From contig CM106586.1 in NCBI GenBank assembly GCA_048013815.1, positions 24,056,001 to 24,120,000 on the forward strand: a stretch of 64,000 nucleotides of DNA, written 5' to 3'. The notes below the pieces were generated by a model. The model ran no database searches, had not been told where the DNA came from, and was given only the letters and a program-made list of their open reading frames with translations. Source of the stretch: Setoptus koraiensis (taxonomy: Eukaryota; Animalia; Arthropoda). Each line of letters begins with the position of its first letter. The first letter of the stretch is position 1. Shown piece after piece: positions 1 through 9,797 of the stretch. The translations under genes were made by a program, and so were the position numbers.

Positions 1-1
1 T

Positions 2-1318
2 TTTACCAAGAATAAAATCGGCGCAAATACAGAAAAAATCGTTGATGCCAGTGGGAGAAATAGAATTGATGGACTATCGATGAATGCCATGCAACCCAGG
101 GTGGTATCTGACAAGATCACCACTTCCACCGGTGGTAGACATAAACGAGACGCAGCATCAATTACATATAACGTTTCTAAATTGATGCCACCGTATGAGA
201 TGGAATCGATCAGGAGAAAAGAGGAAGATGAAATGAGTAACCAATCGTTGCTCAAAAGATCCTCAGAACTAGAGAATTTGCGTCCCGAATCATCGGACAC
301 ACATGTATCCGGTAAGTTACATCTCGATGAAGCGTCCAATCCTTTCCTAGAGAGAAATCTTGCGAATAATACAGAGATGTCCAACTATACTTCGGAGAAC
401 GAAATACCAATATCGACCGAAGGTAATCTGTCGAGGTCCGATCAAAGTCAGCAGGAGAGTTCAGACATAGAAAATATCAAAACCAAACTCCCAATCGATG
501 GTATAACACATTTACCTTTGTATAACGATAATGTTCAAGTCATCAACCAAAGAGAGGATACTAGTAATGTAGAGGAAAAACGGGATGCCATCATGAATAC
601 TTCTATTCCTGACATTCTTAATGATATTGATAAACCGGCGTTAGGGGGTAACTTAACTTTTGGTAACCCGGAACCAGTTACTGCGGCAGATTTACACAAG
701 GAAAACCAGATCATTTCCAATCTGTTCAACGTAGACCACGGATTACTCTTCTATCCAAGTGAATATCCAGAAGAAAAGAAGAAATATCATCACAAGAAAA
801 AACATTCGAACTATAAAAAGCAGCACAAGCACAAGATGAGCAAAGGGTATAAGAAAGGGGGCGAGAAAAAGAAGAAGCATAAGAAGGAAGAAAAGAAGTT
901 TCTGAAAGAGAAGGGATTCAAAGGGGCGAAGAAAGGTAAAAAGGTGGTAAAGGGTAAGGGTGGACAAGGAGGCAAGAAGGGTATGAAGAAATACAAGGAC
1001 AAGGGCTATAAAAAGAAAGGATTCAAAAACGTTTATCATAAGGAAGAATTCGGAGACAGTAAAAAGTATTTCGATGAATTCAGAGATAAAGATTTCAAGA
1101 AGAAGTATAAGAAATTCAAAGATAACTATGAGTATAAACAGATGAAAAAGTGGCAAGGTAAAGATGTGAAAAAGGCCAAGAAGTACAAAGATCATGGTGA
1201 AAGCTACAAGAAAATGGGTAAAAGTAAATGGAAGAAAAAAATGAGCAAATCCTCAAAAAAAGGAGAGAAGCACAAGAGTCACGGAGAAAAGAAAAAAAAG
1301 AGTTCTTATGGATACTAA
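2..1318 (+). CDS. Lys/His/Gly-rich DUF4779-like arthropod protein, 5'-partial
   Basis: The frame of ORF 80..1318 is open back to base 2, so the start probably lies upstream of the window. The C-terminal block GGKKG..KKYKDKGYKKKGFKNVYHKEEFGDSKKYFDEFRD resembles the DUF4779 motif (KGFHNVHHKDEY..FYDE) as I recall it. A furin-like RHKR site is present near the N-terminus. Confidence 0.7.
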   Translation, partial: FTKNKIGANTEKIVDASGRNRIDGLSMNAMQPRVVSDKITTSTGGRHKRDAASITYNVSKLMPPYEMESIRRKEEDEMSNQSLLKRSSELENLRPESSDTHVSGKLHLDEASNPFLERNLANNTEMSNYTSENEIPISTEGNLSRSDQSQQESSDIENIKTKLPIDGITHLPLYNDNVQVINQREDTSNVEEKRDAIMNTSIPDILNDIDKPALGGNLTFGNPEPVTAADLHKENQIISNLFNVDHGLLFYPSEYPEEKKKYHHKKKHSNYKKQHKHKMSKGYKKGGEKKKKHKKEEKKFLKEKGFKGAKKGKKVVKGKGGQGGKKGMKKYKDKGYKKKGFKNVYHKEEFGDSKKYFDEFRDKDFKKKYKKFKDNYEYKQMKKWQGKDVKKAKKYKDHGESYKKMGKSKWKKKMSKSSKKGEKHKSHGEKKKKSSYGY

Positions 1319-1447
1319 TCAAAACCGATGTAGTATTATTTATAACAATCAATATAAATTAAAATTCATTTGAAGCAATCAAATCAATCAGAAAATTACG
1401 TCGGAACCATCTCCATTTTTACTAACATTATATTATCATTTGTTATT

Positions 1448-1567
1448 ATGATGATGATTGTCGCAATTTTTGTACTGCAGCACACAGTTCTGGGCCCAAA
1501 AAACCGTAATCTCTTATATATTCCTCCACAATGTCGGGGGGCGGTCTATTATCCTGAATTAAAATAG
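1448..1567 (+). CDS. possible 39-aa small hydrophobic or secreted peptide
   Basis: First ATG at 1448 gives MMMIVAIFVLQHTVLGPKNRNLLYIPPQCRGAVYYPELK, with a hydrophobic N-terminus. No family recognised. Confidence 0.2.
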   Translation: MMMIVAIFVLQHTVLGPKNRNLLYIPPQCRGAVYYPELK

Positions 1568-1624
1568 ATAACAATCAATGAGACATAGTTAGCATAACTA
1601 TAAATTTAAATTATTTACAACAAC

Positions 1625-2962
1625 CTAAAGTAATAAACTTACTCTTATAGTGGTGGGTATGGCCTGCGGTCGAAGGAGAATTGTTTTGATATGGTATTCG
1701 GCTGAGCCGCTCTCTATTGTGGCTGGCACCCGTTCAAAGAATGGTCTTATTCTTTCTCCAATCATTTTTAGTCTTCTCAAGAGAAGACTTCTTTGTACTT
1801 CAGAGCCTAGTTCACATAGAGCGGATATAGATCCGTAGTAACTGGAAAGCGGTAGATTGGGATTATCTAATGCCCTGCTCAAAAGGCGAGTTATACGAGT
1901 TTGTAAACAATTTGTTGATGAATTAAAGTTTTTACATATTGTGGATAATAATTTTGAAGCAAAATCTCTTAATGCATAGTGATTATCTTGGTCAGGCCTG
2001 TTGCAAATCTGCTTCGATACTATGCAAGTGATAACTGTCGGACATAGCTCATGTAAATATTTTTCTAGATATAATGTTTGATTTTCGAGCAGTGACCGAA
2101 CCATACGCATGAGATAGATGAGCAAAGCCAAATTATTGTGTACAACATTGACTTTGACTCCCTCCGATATGAAAGTACACAACCTCGGTAACATTTGATG
2201 CAATCCTGGATCATAGCTCAACGATTGTAAAGCTTGGTGCCTTCTTGGCTCTACTGATCCTACACAGGCCTCAGTGATCTCTTTGTAATACAGTTGTTGT
2301 TCTACACTTAACTCATGAGTGGCTAATTGTTTAATTCTGACAGTCTCGATATGTTTTTTGGTTGGATTGCCAGCTGGATTTGTTCGCTGTCCATTAATTT
2401 CCATAGCTTTGGTCCTATGTAGATTAGTATTTGAACTGGCAAGAGATCTGAGAGGATCAACGCATTCTAATCGCTGTTGATCTTTGTTCAAAGGTGGTGG
2501 GTTTTCTGGTATAGCAGGCTGTACGCCATCTATGACGAGCCAATGAGATTTTATTGATACATCTTGGGGCAATTTTGGCAAGTTGACACGTGCAATAACA
2601 TCTGCTAATTCAATCTCTTTTTCTTCATGAAAAAATATTTCTCTGCCGCCTCCAGATGCAAATCTGAATGGTATGAATTCCTCACTGTGAAAACCTAAAA
2701 CAGGTTGTATGTTCTTGACTTTGAGAGCATTGTCAATATCTTTAGTTAATAGTTTCTTCCTTTTAGAATGACAACAAAATTTCTCTGCTTCTTTAACTAT
2801 GGATCTGAGTTTATTCGAAACGTCCTCGGCCATCATTTTGGCTGCGTCCTCGGTCAGAGTGCCTATCTCATCTGATTCTGCCATGAGTCTAATAGAATCA
2901 ATGCCAAAACAACGTTTCGAGTCCCACGGAGTGAGTGTCCTTTTATTGTCCTCCTTGCTCAT
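1625..2962 (-). CDS. TAF6: TFIID subunit 6 (histone fold plus HEAT domain), intronless
   Basis: Motifs KFCCHSKRKKLLTKDIDNAL, GFHSEEFIPFRFASGGGRE, HWLVIDGVQPAIPENPPP, HELSVEQQLYYKEITEACVG, DPGLHQMLPRLCTFISEGVKVNV and DNHYALRDFASKLL. Confidence 0.97.
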   Translation of the reverse strand: MSKEDNKRTLTPWDSKRCFGIDSIRLMAESDEIGTLTEDAAKMMAEDVSNKLRSIVKEAEKFCCHSKRKKLLTKDIDNALKVKNIQPVLGFHSEEFIPFRFASGGGREIFFHEEKEIELADVIARVNLPKLPQDVSIKSHWLVIDGVQPAIPENPPPLNKDQQRLECVDPLRSLASSNTNLHRTKAMEINGQRTNPAGNPTKKHIETVRIKQLATHELSVEQQLYYKEITEACVGSVEPRRHQALQSLSYDPGLHQMLPRLCTFISEGVKVNVVHNNLALLIYLMRMVRSLLENQTLYLEKYLHELCPTVITCIVSKQICNRPDQDNHYALRDFASKLLSTICKNFNSSTNCLQTRITRLLSRALDNPNLPLSSYYGSISALCELGSEVQRSLLLRRLKMIGERIRPFFERVPATIESGSAEYHIKTILLRPQAIPTTIRVSLLL

Positions 2963-3146
2963 TGTTGGTGATAGTTTTCTATCTATTTAATGATGAGATT
3001 AATAATTTATGATAAATTTTTGTTTAATCAACAACAACAGCAAGAATGAAATAAAATATTCTAACCTGGCCCTGCACTAAACGCGGTTTATTCAAATCTC
3101 AAAAAAAGTGATCATCTCTCCCGTCGCCTGCCAGTCTCTCCCTAGC
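2912..3146 (-). repeat. copy A of a ~235-bp inverted duplication (TAF6 upstream region, 5'UTR and first 17 codons)
   Basis: Reverse complement GAGAGACTGGCAGGCGACGGGAGAGATGATCACTTTTTTTGAGATTTGAATAAACCGCGTTTA...TTAAATAGATAGAAAACTAT..ATGAGCAAGGAGGACAATAAAAGG..TGGGACTCGAAACGT aligns by eye to 12589-12827. Confidence 0.9.
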
Positions 3147-3194
3147 AAGAGCTCCCTTCATTGTGAGATCTCCCTTGATAAAATAAGCCTTTTG

Positions 3195-3198
3195 AGTG
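3195..3198. repeat. left target-site duplication AGTG
   Basis: AGTG immediately precedes the TG start of the 5' LTR and recurs at 10887-10890. Confidence 0.9.
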
Positions 3199-5807
3199 TG
3201 TGATGCCGCGATGGGCATCGGTAGCACATAGCCGGTCTAGCTAACACGCCCCTCCGCACGGATATCCATGAGCGGATGCGACCGCGCCACTGCTCAGCAC
3301 AAGGAGCGCGTATGACCATAACAAACACTGATAACGCAATGCTTTGGCGCCGAGACGACGGTTGAAATTAGGAATAGAGGCTCTAAAGAGGATGACTAAC
3401 AACTTTTCAAGTTGTCGTGATAAGTTGGATCCCAAAAAAGGAGACTAGGAATCAGTACCGATTATCGACACGCAGGAGTAAGACATAACTCGAAAAACAT
3501 ATAACGATACAATACATGTACCCAATAAAATTCAGTAAATCAGCCAATTAGCATTGCTCGAAACCCAAATATTACGACACCTCCGTTACACTAACCGAGA
3601 TTTCAACATATAAAATCCTCACCAGTCCACCGACCCATAGTATATATAATTAAAAAATGACTTAATTAATAAAGCACATTTAAAAGTAGACTATAGTCAA
3701 GTAAAATTTAATTAATATACGTAATATAAATAAAATTATACTATAATAATCCATATTGAATTCAAAGTAATAAAAAGATAATATAAGAATAGTTTATTAG
3801 TAAAAACAATATAAATAATTTTATAATAAAATATACAAAAAATAAAATTAATAAAAAATAATAAAATAATTAAAATATATAAATAAAATATTAATAATAA
3901 AATAATATTAAATATATATATAATTAAAAATTAAAAAATAAAATAAAATAAAAAAACTAATAAAAATAAAATAAAAATAAAATAAAAAATAAATAAAAAA
4001 TTAAAATAAAAATAAATAAAAAAAAATTAAAAAATATCAAAAATAAAAAAATATAAATAATAAAAAAATAAATTAATATATTAAAAAATATAAAATAAAA
4101 AATAAAAATATTAATAAAATATATAAATAATATAAAAAATTAAAAATAAAATAAAAAATAATAAAAATAAAAATAAATTAAATAATATAAAATAAAAAAT
4201 AAAATAAATAAAATAAAAATAATAAAAATATAAAAATAATAAAAATTATAATAAAAATAAAATTATAATAAAAATATAAAAATAAAAATAATAATAAAAT
4301 AAAAATAAATAAAAAATAAAAATATAATATAAAAAAATAAAAAAATAAAATAATAAAAAATCTAAAAAATAAATAATATAAATATAAAAATAAAAATAAA
4401 AATAAATTATAATAAATAAATAAAAATAATAAATAATAAAAAAATAATAAAATATAATAAAATAATAAAATAATAATAAATAATAAAATATAAAAATAAA
4501 TATTAAAATAAAAAAAAATAATAAAAATATAAAATTATAAAATATATAAAAAAATAATATAATATAAATAATAAAAAAATAATATAAAATATAAAAAATA
4601 AAATATAAAATAAAAATAAAATATAAAATAAATAAAATAAATTAAATAAATTAATATAAAATAAAAATATATATATAAAAAATAAAAAATATTATAAAAT
4701 ATAAAAATAAAAAATAATAATAAAATAATAAAATAAATATTAATAAAAATAAAATAAATAAAAAAAATAAAAAAAATAAAATATATAAAAAAATAATAAA
4801 TAAAAAAAATATAATAAAAATAAATATAAATTATATAAAAAAAATAAAAAATATAAAAAATAAATTAATAAAAAAATAAAAAATAAAATAAATATAATAA
4901 AAAATAAATAAAATATAAAAAATATAATATATAAAAAAAAATAAAATAAAATAAAAAAAATAAAAATAAATAAATAATAAAATTATAAAATAAAAAATAA
5001 AAAAATATAAAAATAAAAATAATAAAAATAAATATAAAAAAAAAAAAAAAAAAATAAAAAAAAATAAATATAAAAATAATAATCGATTGCGAGGCACCCT
5101 CGCTTATTATTCCAATGCAGAAATTCTGACATAAATGCAAACTGATACACCAACCAATCAACACTAAGAACTGCCTCAAAGGAACGAACCTTTTCGGCAG
5201 ATAATTCACATATATTGTTACCTACTCAGTCACACCATTGCTGTACATATCCACCGATACAATCGGGTATTCGAGGCTAACTAAATTGTAATATCACATC
5301 CCATACCAAGAATCTTCGTTGCCTCAGATTCAACTACAAGTCAGTGACTTCCGAACTTAACTAAACAGCACCAACAGCAGCGCATTAACAGACACACTTG
5401 TCGATAGACTTCGCCTTTCCAAAGCATAGAAATAAATACAGACCTAGTTTCCATGAGATACTCATTTATTGTCATATACAACGACTCCTATATCAAAATC
5501 TGCCTCGGACCGCCAATCGCTTTCGGTGTAAAATTCCAGCCTAATTTCCTCTATAATATCACACTTATTCGATACAATTCTACCGACACATAACGCATCC
5601 CGAGGCAAGTCACTTGCTAGCGTATATACACAGGGTAAAACAAACAGTGCCTCGCGTTTGGTCACCGCTCAGCCATTTCTGATATTCACCATCTAATATT
5701 CACCGCCGTACATATCCGAACACCCGTACCGAAAGGTATTCCTAACCCAACGCATAAACGTCGCTGCCCGAGGTATTTACAATACACTCTGCTCCTTAGG
5801 CACGACA
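3199..5807 (+). repeat. 5' LTR (interrupted by an AT-rich segment at 3582-5094)
   Basis: Starts TGTGATGCCGCGATGGG and ends GCTCCTTAGGCACGACA. 3199-3581 and 5095-5807 match the 3' LTR with scattered substitutions. Confidence 0.93.
3582..5094. other. ~1.5-kb near-pure A/T low-complexity segment inside the 5' LTR, probably a long-read or assembly artefact
   Basis: Absent from the 3' LTR and flanked by CACC on both sides. G/C content fades progressively over the first ~250 bp to almost none. Confidence 0.6.
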
Positions 5808-5811
5808 TTTT

Positions 5812-5829
5812 TGGTAGCAGAGCGTGGTT
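5812..5829 (+). promoter_or_regulatory. primer-binding site complementary to the 3' end of initiator tRNA-Met
   Basis: TGGTAGCAGAGCGTGGTT begins 4 nt after the LTR end. TGGTAGCAGAG is the reverse complement of the conserved eukaryotic tRNAiMet 3' end (..CUCUGCUACCA). Confidence 0.88.
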
Positions 5830-5855
5830 CATCGAAGTCCAAGCTCAAGTTTAAC

Positions 5856-6845
5856 ATGTCAAGACCCCGCAGGGATACGATCGATGATACGGCCGATGTA
5901 AACATGAACACAACAAGTGTAAATCTCTCTGAGTCAGCGGTCAGTGACCTAGTTACCGCTTTGGGTCAGGACCCAACTTTGGTGCTTTCGAATCTTCCCC
6001 GATTCGCTGGTGGTAAAGACGAGGACGCTGAACTTTTCTTCCGTGAATACAAGAACAAACTCATAACGGCAACTGATAAGATCAAGTGCACTGGACTACG
6101 TGTCGCGCTAACAGGAGCAGCTTTAGAGTGGTTAAAGGCAAACTTGAGAGCCGATATTGAAAGTTCTAACTGGAAATCGATAAAAGTCAAATTCATTAAG
6201 CGCTTCTGTTCAGACCAATCTGAGTACAAACACCAGAATCGGCTCGATAATATGCGTTACGAACCTGGTAGCGACATAACTGTCACTTCATTCATTGAAG
6301 CTTCCATTAACACATTTCGTAAAGTTAACCCACGAGGGAATCCACCACACGCTGACTATGGGAAGCGAGTCATCCGTGCAGACTACAATCGACTATCAAT
6401 TGAAATCGAGGATTTCTCGGATACAATCACGACGATGTCAGGAATTCAGGAGGAAAACAGCCCAAAGCCTGGCCTCGCAGTGGCCGAAACCATTGGTCAA
6501 GTTTGGATGAATGATCGAACAAAGATTTATCGGGACGGTCATAAGAGGCCTCAAAGCCAAAGTCAAAGGATTAAACTCTCTCGCGATTATCGCCATGGAT
6601 CCAGGAGCCGCAGTAACCATCACGGTTCTGTTAGAAAGAGCGTAGAACGAAGGTGGTCTATCTTTGATCTATCAGCCTCGATAAAAGATAAAGAACGTGC
6701 TTCGCAATCCTTAACCAACACCGAGAAGGACCTGTTGCAAGCCAATTATGAGGAAAAATATGGCAAGGTGCCATACCCATGCAAGCTTTGCCGACAGATG
6801 CACTTCCATAGACACTGTCCATACAAAATTTCAGACTCTAAATAA
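5856..6845 (+). CDS. gag: retrotransposon Gag (capsid-like plus Cx2Cx3Hx4C knuckle)
   Basis: First ATG at 5856. LPRFAGGKDEDAELFFREY...LTGAALEWL...WKSIKVKFIKRF is a typical Ty3/Gypsy capsid region, and the C-terminus has CKLCRQMHFHRHC. Confidence 0.88.
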   Translation: MSRPRRDTIDDTADVNMNTTSVNLSESAVSDLVTALGQDPTLVLSNLPRFAGGKDEDAELFFREYKNKLITATDKIKCTGLRVALTGAALEWLKANLRADIESSNWKSIKVKFIKRFCSDQSEYKHQNRLDNMRYEPGSDITVTSFIEASINTFRKVNPRGNPPHADYGKRVIRADYNRLSIEIEDFSDTITTMSGIQEENSPKPGLAVAETIGQVWMNDRTKIYRDGHKRPQSQSQRIKLSRDYRHGSRSRSNHHGSVRKSVERRWSIFDLSASIKDKERASQSLTNTEKDLLQANYEEKYGKVPYPCKLCRQMHFHRHCPYKISDSK

Positions 6846-6953
6846 AACGGATCACTGGAGAACAGGATAACCCATTGACTGGACGTTGTCTAGCCAATTC
6901 ACCTGCAGACGTTGAACAGATTTTATTGAAGCATATTTATCGAGAAACATGAT

Positions 6954-7210
6954 GAGGGTTATTCATTTCTGAGCCAGAGCGTGGTGCGGTCAATACAAAT
7001 CCTGGCCAGATATGTATGGGCCTAGATCCCCAGAGAGCAGACGAAAATTGAATGCCTGAATTGATGTTAAAGTACAAAATTGAATTAAGAATGATAGAAT
7101 TGAGAAGCGTGAGGGTCTTTCATTTCTGAGCCAGAGCGTGGTGCGGCGGACACAAATCCTTGCAAAATTTGTAGAAACCTAGATCCCCAGAGAGCAGACG
7201 AAAATCGAAT
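6954..7210 (+). repeat. two imperfect direct repeats (period 157 bp) with two 28-nt identical blocks
   Basis: TTCATTTCTGAGCCAGAGCGTGGTGCGG and CCTAGATCCCCAGAGAGCAGACGAAAAT occur in both copies (starting 6954 and 7111), separated by a diverged spacer. Confidence 0.9.
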
Positions 7211-7259
7211 ACCTCATGCGAACCTCAAGTATGAGCATTGAACTAGCTAATGCTGATAC

Positions 7260-8113
7260 TTATTATATCTAAATATAAATACATACGCAGTAACGAGCCC
7301 AGCCTCAATAACGATTATATAAATAACGAGCCCAGTCTCATAAATGATATTAATGCGCACGAGCAAAGACTCGATAACTATAATAAGATCATCTTTTAGT
7401 AATGCATACCGGTTTATAACTGCAGTAGCTACATATTCCAGAACATCATCTGTCAATAACCACCAACTGGATAGAAACTTATGACAGGGGCCCCCTTTAC
7501 TCAAGAAAGTGGTACATACATCAGCTACTGATCACGACACTCTCATCTTACCCTTCCAATAATTCTCTTATACATTTAGATCAGTGCCGACCCATTCGGC
7601 ACAAAGAGGCAACTTACACTTCTACTGATACTAACACATCTACTAACACTTCTACTGATACTAACACATCTACTAACACTTCTACTGATACTAACACATC
7701 TACTGATACTAATAATTCACTTACTAACCATGACCACCCAGAGCAAGCCGAGTCAGGTGATACTCTTACCTTACAGAACGATAATCTATTTCTTCAACCA
7801 AATCAATACAACGCTCCGAATGCTCCTAACACCGAAGAAAGACCCCAAATTGAACGCACACAGTTAAGCAACACCACTCTTAAACACAACCAATGAAAGT
7901 CCGCCCGCAACTGACCAAGTCAATTTACGAAATGGAAGCCAAACTCAACCTGAGGAAAATTCTGTCTTGAGAGGGACCCAAGAAGCTCAATCAGTTAACA
8001 GCGAGACGCTAAACAGTAGCACCACACCGGACGCGTCCTCTACACCCTACCCCAAACCTTACACATTGAGACAGAGGGGACAAATACGACTACCGAGGCG
8101 ATTTGCCGATTAA
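7260..8113 (+). pseudogene. degenerate integrase C-terminal remnant of pol
   Basis: Frameshifted pieces read YDRGP(L/F)..., SLIHLDQCRPIR and a terminal PYTLRQRGQIRLPRRFAD-stop (TAA 8111-8113), resembling the GPY/F region and tail of Gypsy integrases. Confidence 0.55.
7617..7711. repeat. 30-bp tandem repeat, about 3 copies
   Basis: CACTTCTACTGATACTAACACATCTACTAA repeated (encodes TSTDTNTSTN in the pol-remnant frame). Confidence 0.9.
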
Positions 8114-8169
8114 CTCCATAACATATGCACACACAGTCGCTTTTATATATATATATATATATATCACAT

Positions 8170-9795
8170 TACCTCTCACCCGATACTCTAGTACTAACTT
8201 AACCAAAGCATTTCTGCCTCAAAATTGACAAACATATCGGCAGAAATTTCTGATAATTCCCTCCTAACAAACATACACTAACCATAGATAAATCACTCGA
8301 CAGAATAATAGTATCTCAGGCATGATAGATATTCTGCCCCCTATGAGCATCGATACAACGTATGCCTCAGAATTAATTACCCATCGACAAATTATTCACA
8401 TTTAACCCCCTAGTTCCTCCTTGATAACAGTTCTAAAATCTAGTCGAGAAAATACCTCGACGCAAGGCATAAATTTCGGAAAATAATTCATGAGAGACTC
8501 CATACACATATACCTATTGATAATCAAAATATCAACGCAGGATGCCTCGCAACCGGTAATGTATCGGCAAAGCAACCTGTCCTTCTGACAGAGACCTATT
8601 CAATCGATCAATTAAGGATCTGCCGATAGGAATGCTCCATCCGAGGCGCACCGGTTTCTATGGAGTATATATGACTTAAACAATCTGGATGTGACACGCC
8701 TTAAAAAGAGTTGCAGCTCGCTAAATAATTCTAACAATATTATACACGATTATTGAAGATGGCTGACTAATTTTTAACCGACAAGGAATTCGAATACGAG
8801 GCATAAATTCTCATAAACAAGCTGATGAGTTGGGACCCGAGAGCTCATGTACAAGTTGCTAATCGAACCTGCTTCGAAGTGCGCAAATCTACCGACGGAT
8901 ATACAAACAATTGGCACCATCCACTCATCCATTATTCATCCTATTAACATGTCGATAGCGATCTTATTTTCAAGGCAGAATTCACTCGTATGGCATACTC
9001 ACAAGCCACGAACAATTAAGCCACGAACATGTAAGACACAAAAAACCAAAGCCTCAAAGAGATAGGATCAAATACTTAATGGCTAGGAATGATCTTTATT
9101 AGGAGGCAAAACGCTGAAACCAAGGAAGACGTTTACAATCCCGAGCCTTTGGTTTATTTGTGGAAGCAATTTAAAAACGTGGTTGTTGATATGCGCTGGG
9201 ACCTTATTGAATCCATTGCCCGAGGCCAATGACAGGACGTAGGCACACTTGTAATCGCCACCGACTTTCTCTTTAACCGCAATTAGCCCATAATATTTAC
9301 CGTTTTTGAAGAATATATTTGCGGTGATCAAACCTGGCCCTTCCAATCGTTCAGGGAAATGATCTACCTGACAAAATACAACATTGCATGGATAATGATG
9401 CTGGCTTAGCCTTGCTCTTAATAGCCGATAGGCGCTAACCATCCTATTTCGCTCTCTCGGATTCTTATTCATGATGACCGTTGGATAATAATCGTAGTTA
9501 TTTATAAATAATTGAAGGTGCTCTTACAAGATGAAATGGACAAATGATAACGGAATTTCTCTGCATACAAATTCCGTTACTGACCACGTGCGTTACACCG
9601 AAAACAATGTTAGTGCACATGCGCACCGGAAAGGAGGGAATTTCAAATACTTGTATTGTAACCGACAACAAGACTCACTATCAAGGTTTCCTCGTTTTTC
9701 CCACAGAGGTTTTCGAGGTTTTTGCCCAGGTAGAGGAGATATTTGAACCGACTATGTGTTGCACTCTCGTAAAATCGTGCTCTAAGAGAGGGTGA
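8170..9795. pseudogene. extra ~1.6-kb region in the env position with fragmentary ORFs (decayed ORF3 and/or antisense ORF 9083-9472)
   Basis: Plus-strand fragments such as ETKEDVYNPEPLVYLWKQFKNVVVDMRWDLIES and ORF 9544-9795, plus a 129-aa minus-strand ORF in the same codon register. No env hallmarks recognised. Confidence 0.35.
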
Positions 9796-9797
9796 AA
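9784..9797 (+). promoter_or_regulatory. polypurine tract
   Basis: AAGAGAGGGTGAAA directly abuts the TG of the 3' LTR. Confidence 0.85.

Noticed and set aside
535-1352. Hydrophobic minus-strand ORFs (743-1195, 811-1002, 1116-1352)
   Set aside because: They are antisense shadows of the AAG/AAA-rich Lys codons of the plus-strand gene.
4831-5209. Phe/Ile/Leu/Tyr-rich minus-strand ORFs resembling membrane or mitochondrial proteins
   Set aside because: They are translations of the A/T-only low-complexity segment, with no mitochondrial gene motifs.
6954-7210. Possible hammerhead ribozyme (CTGA...GACGAAA)
   Set aside because: The CUGANGA core is not matched (CTGAGCC) and I could not build the three stems.
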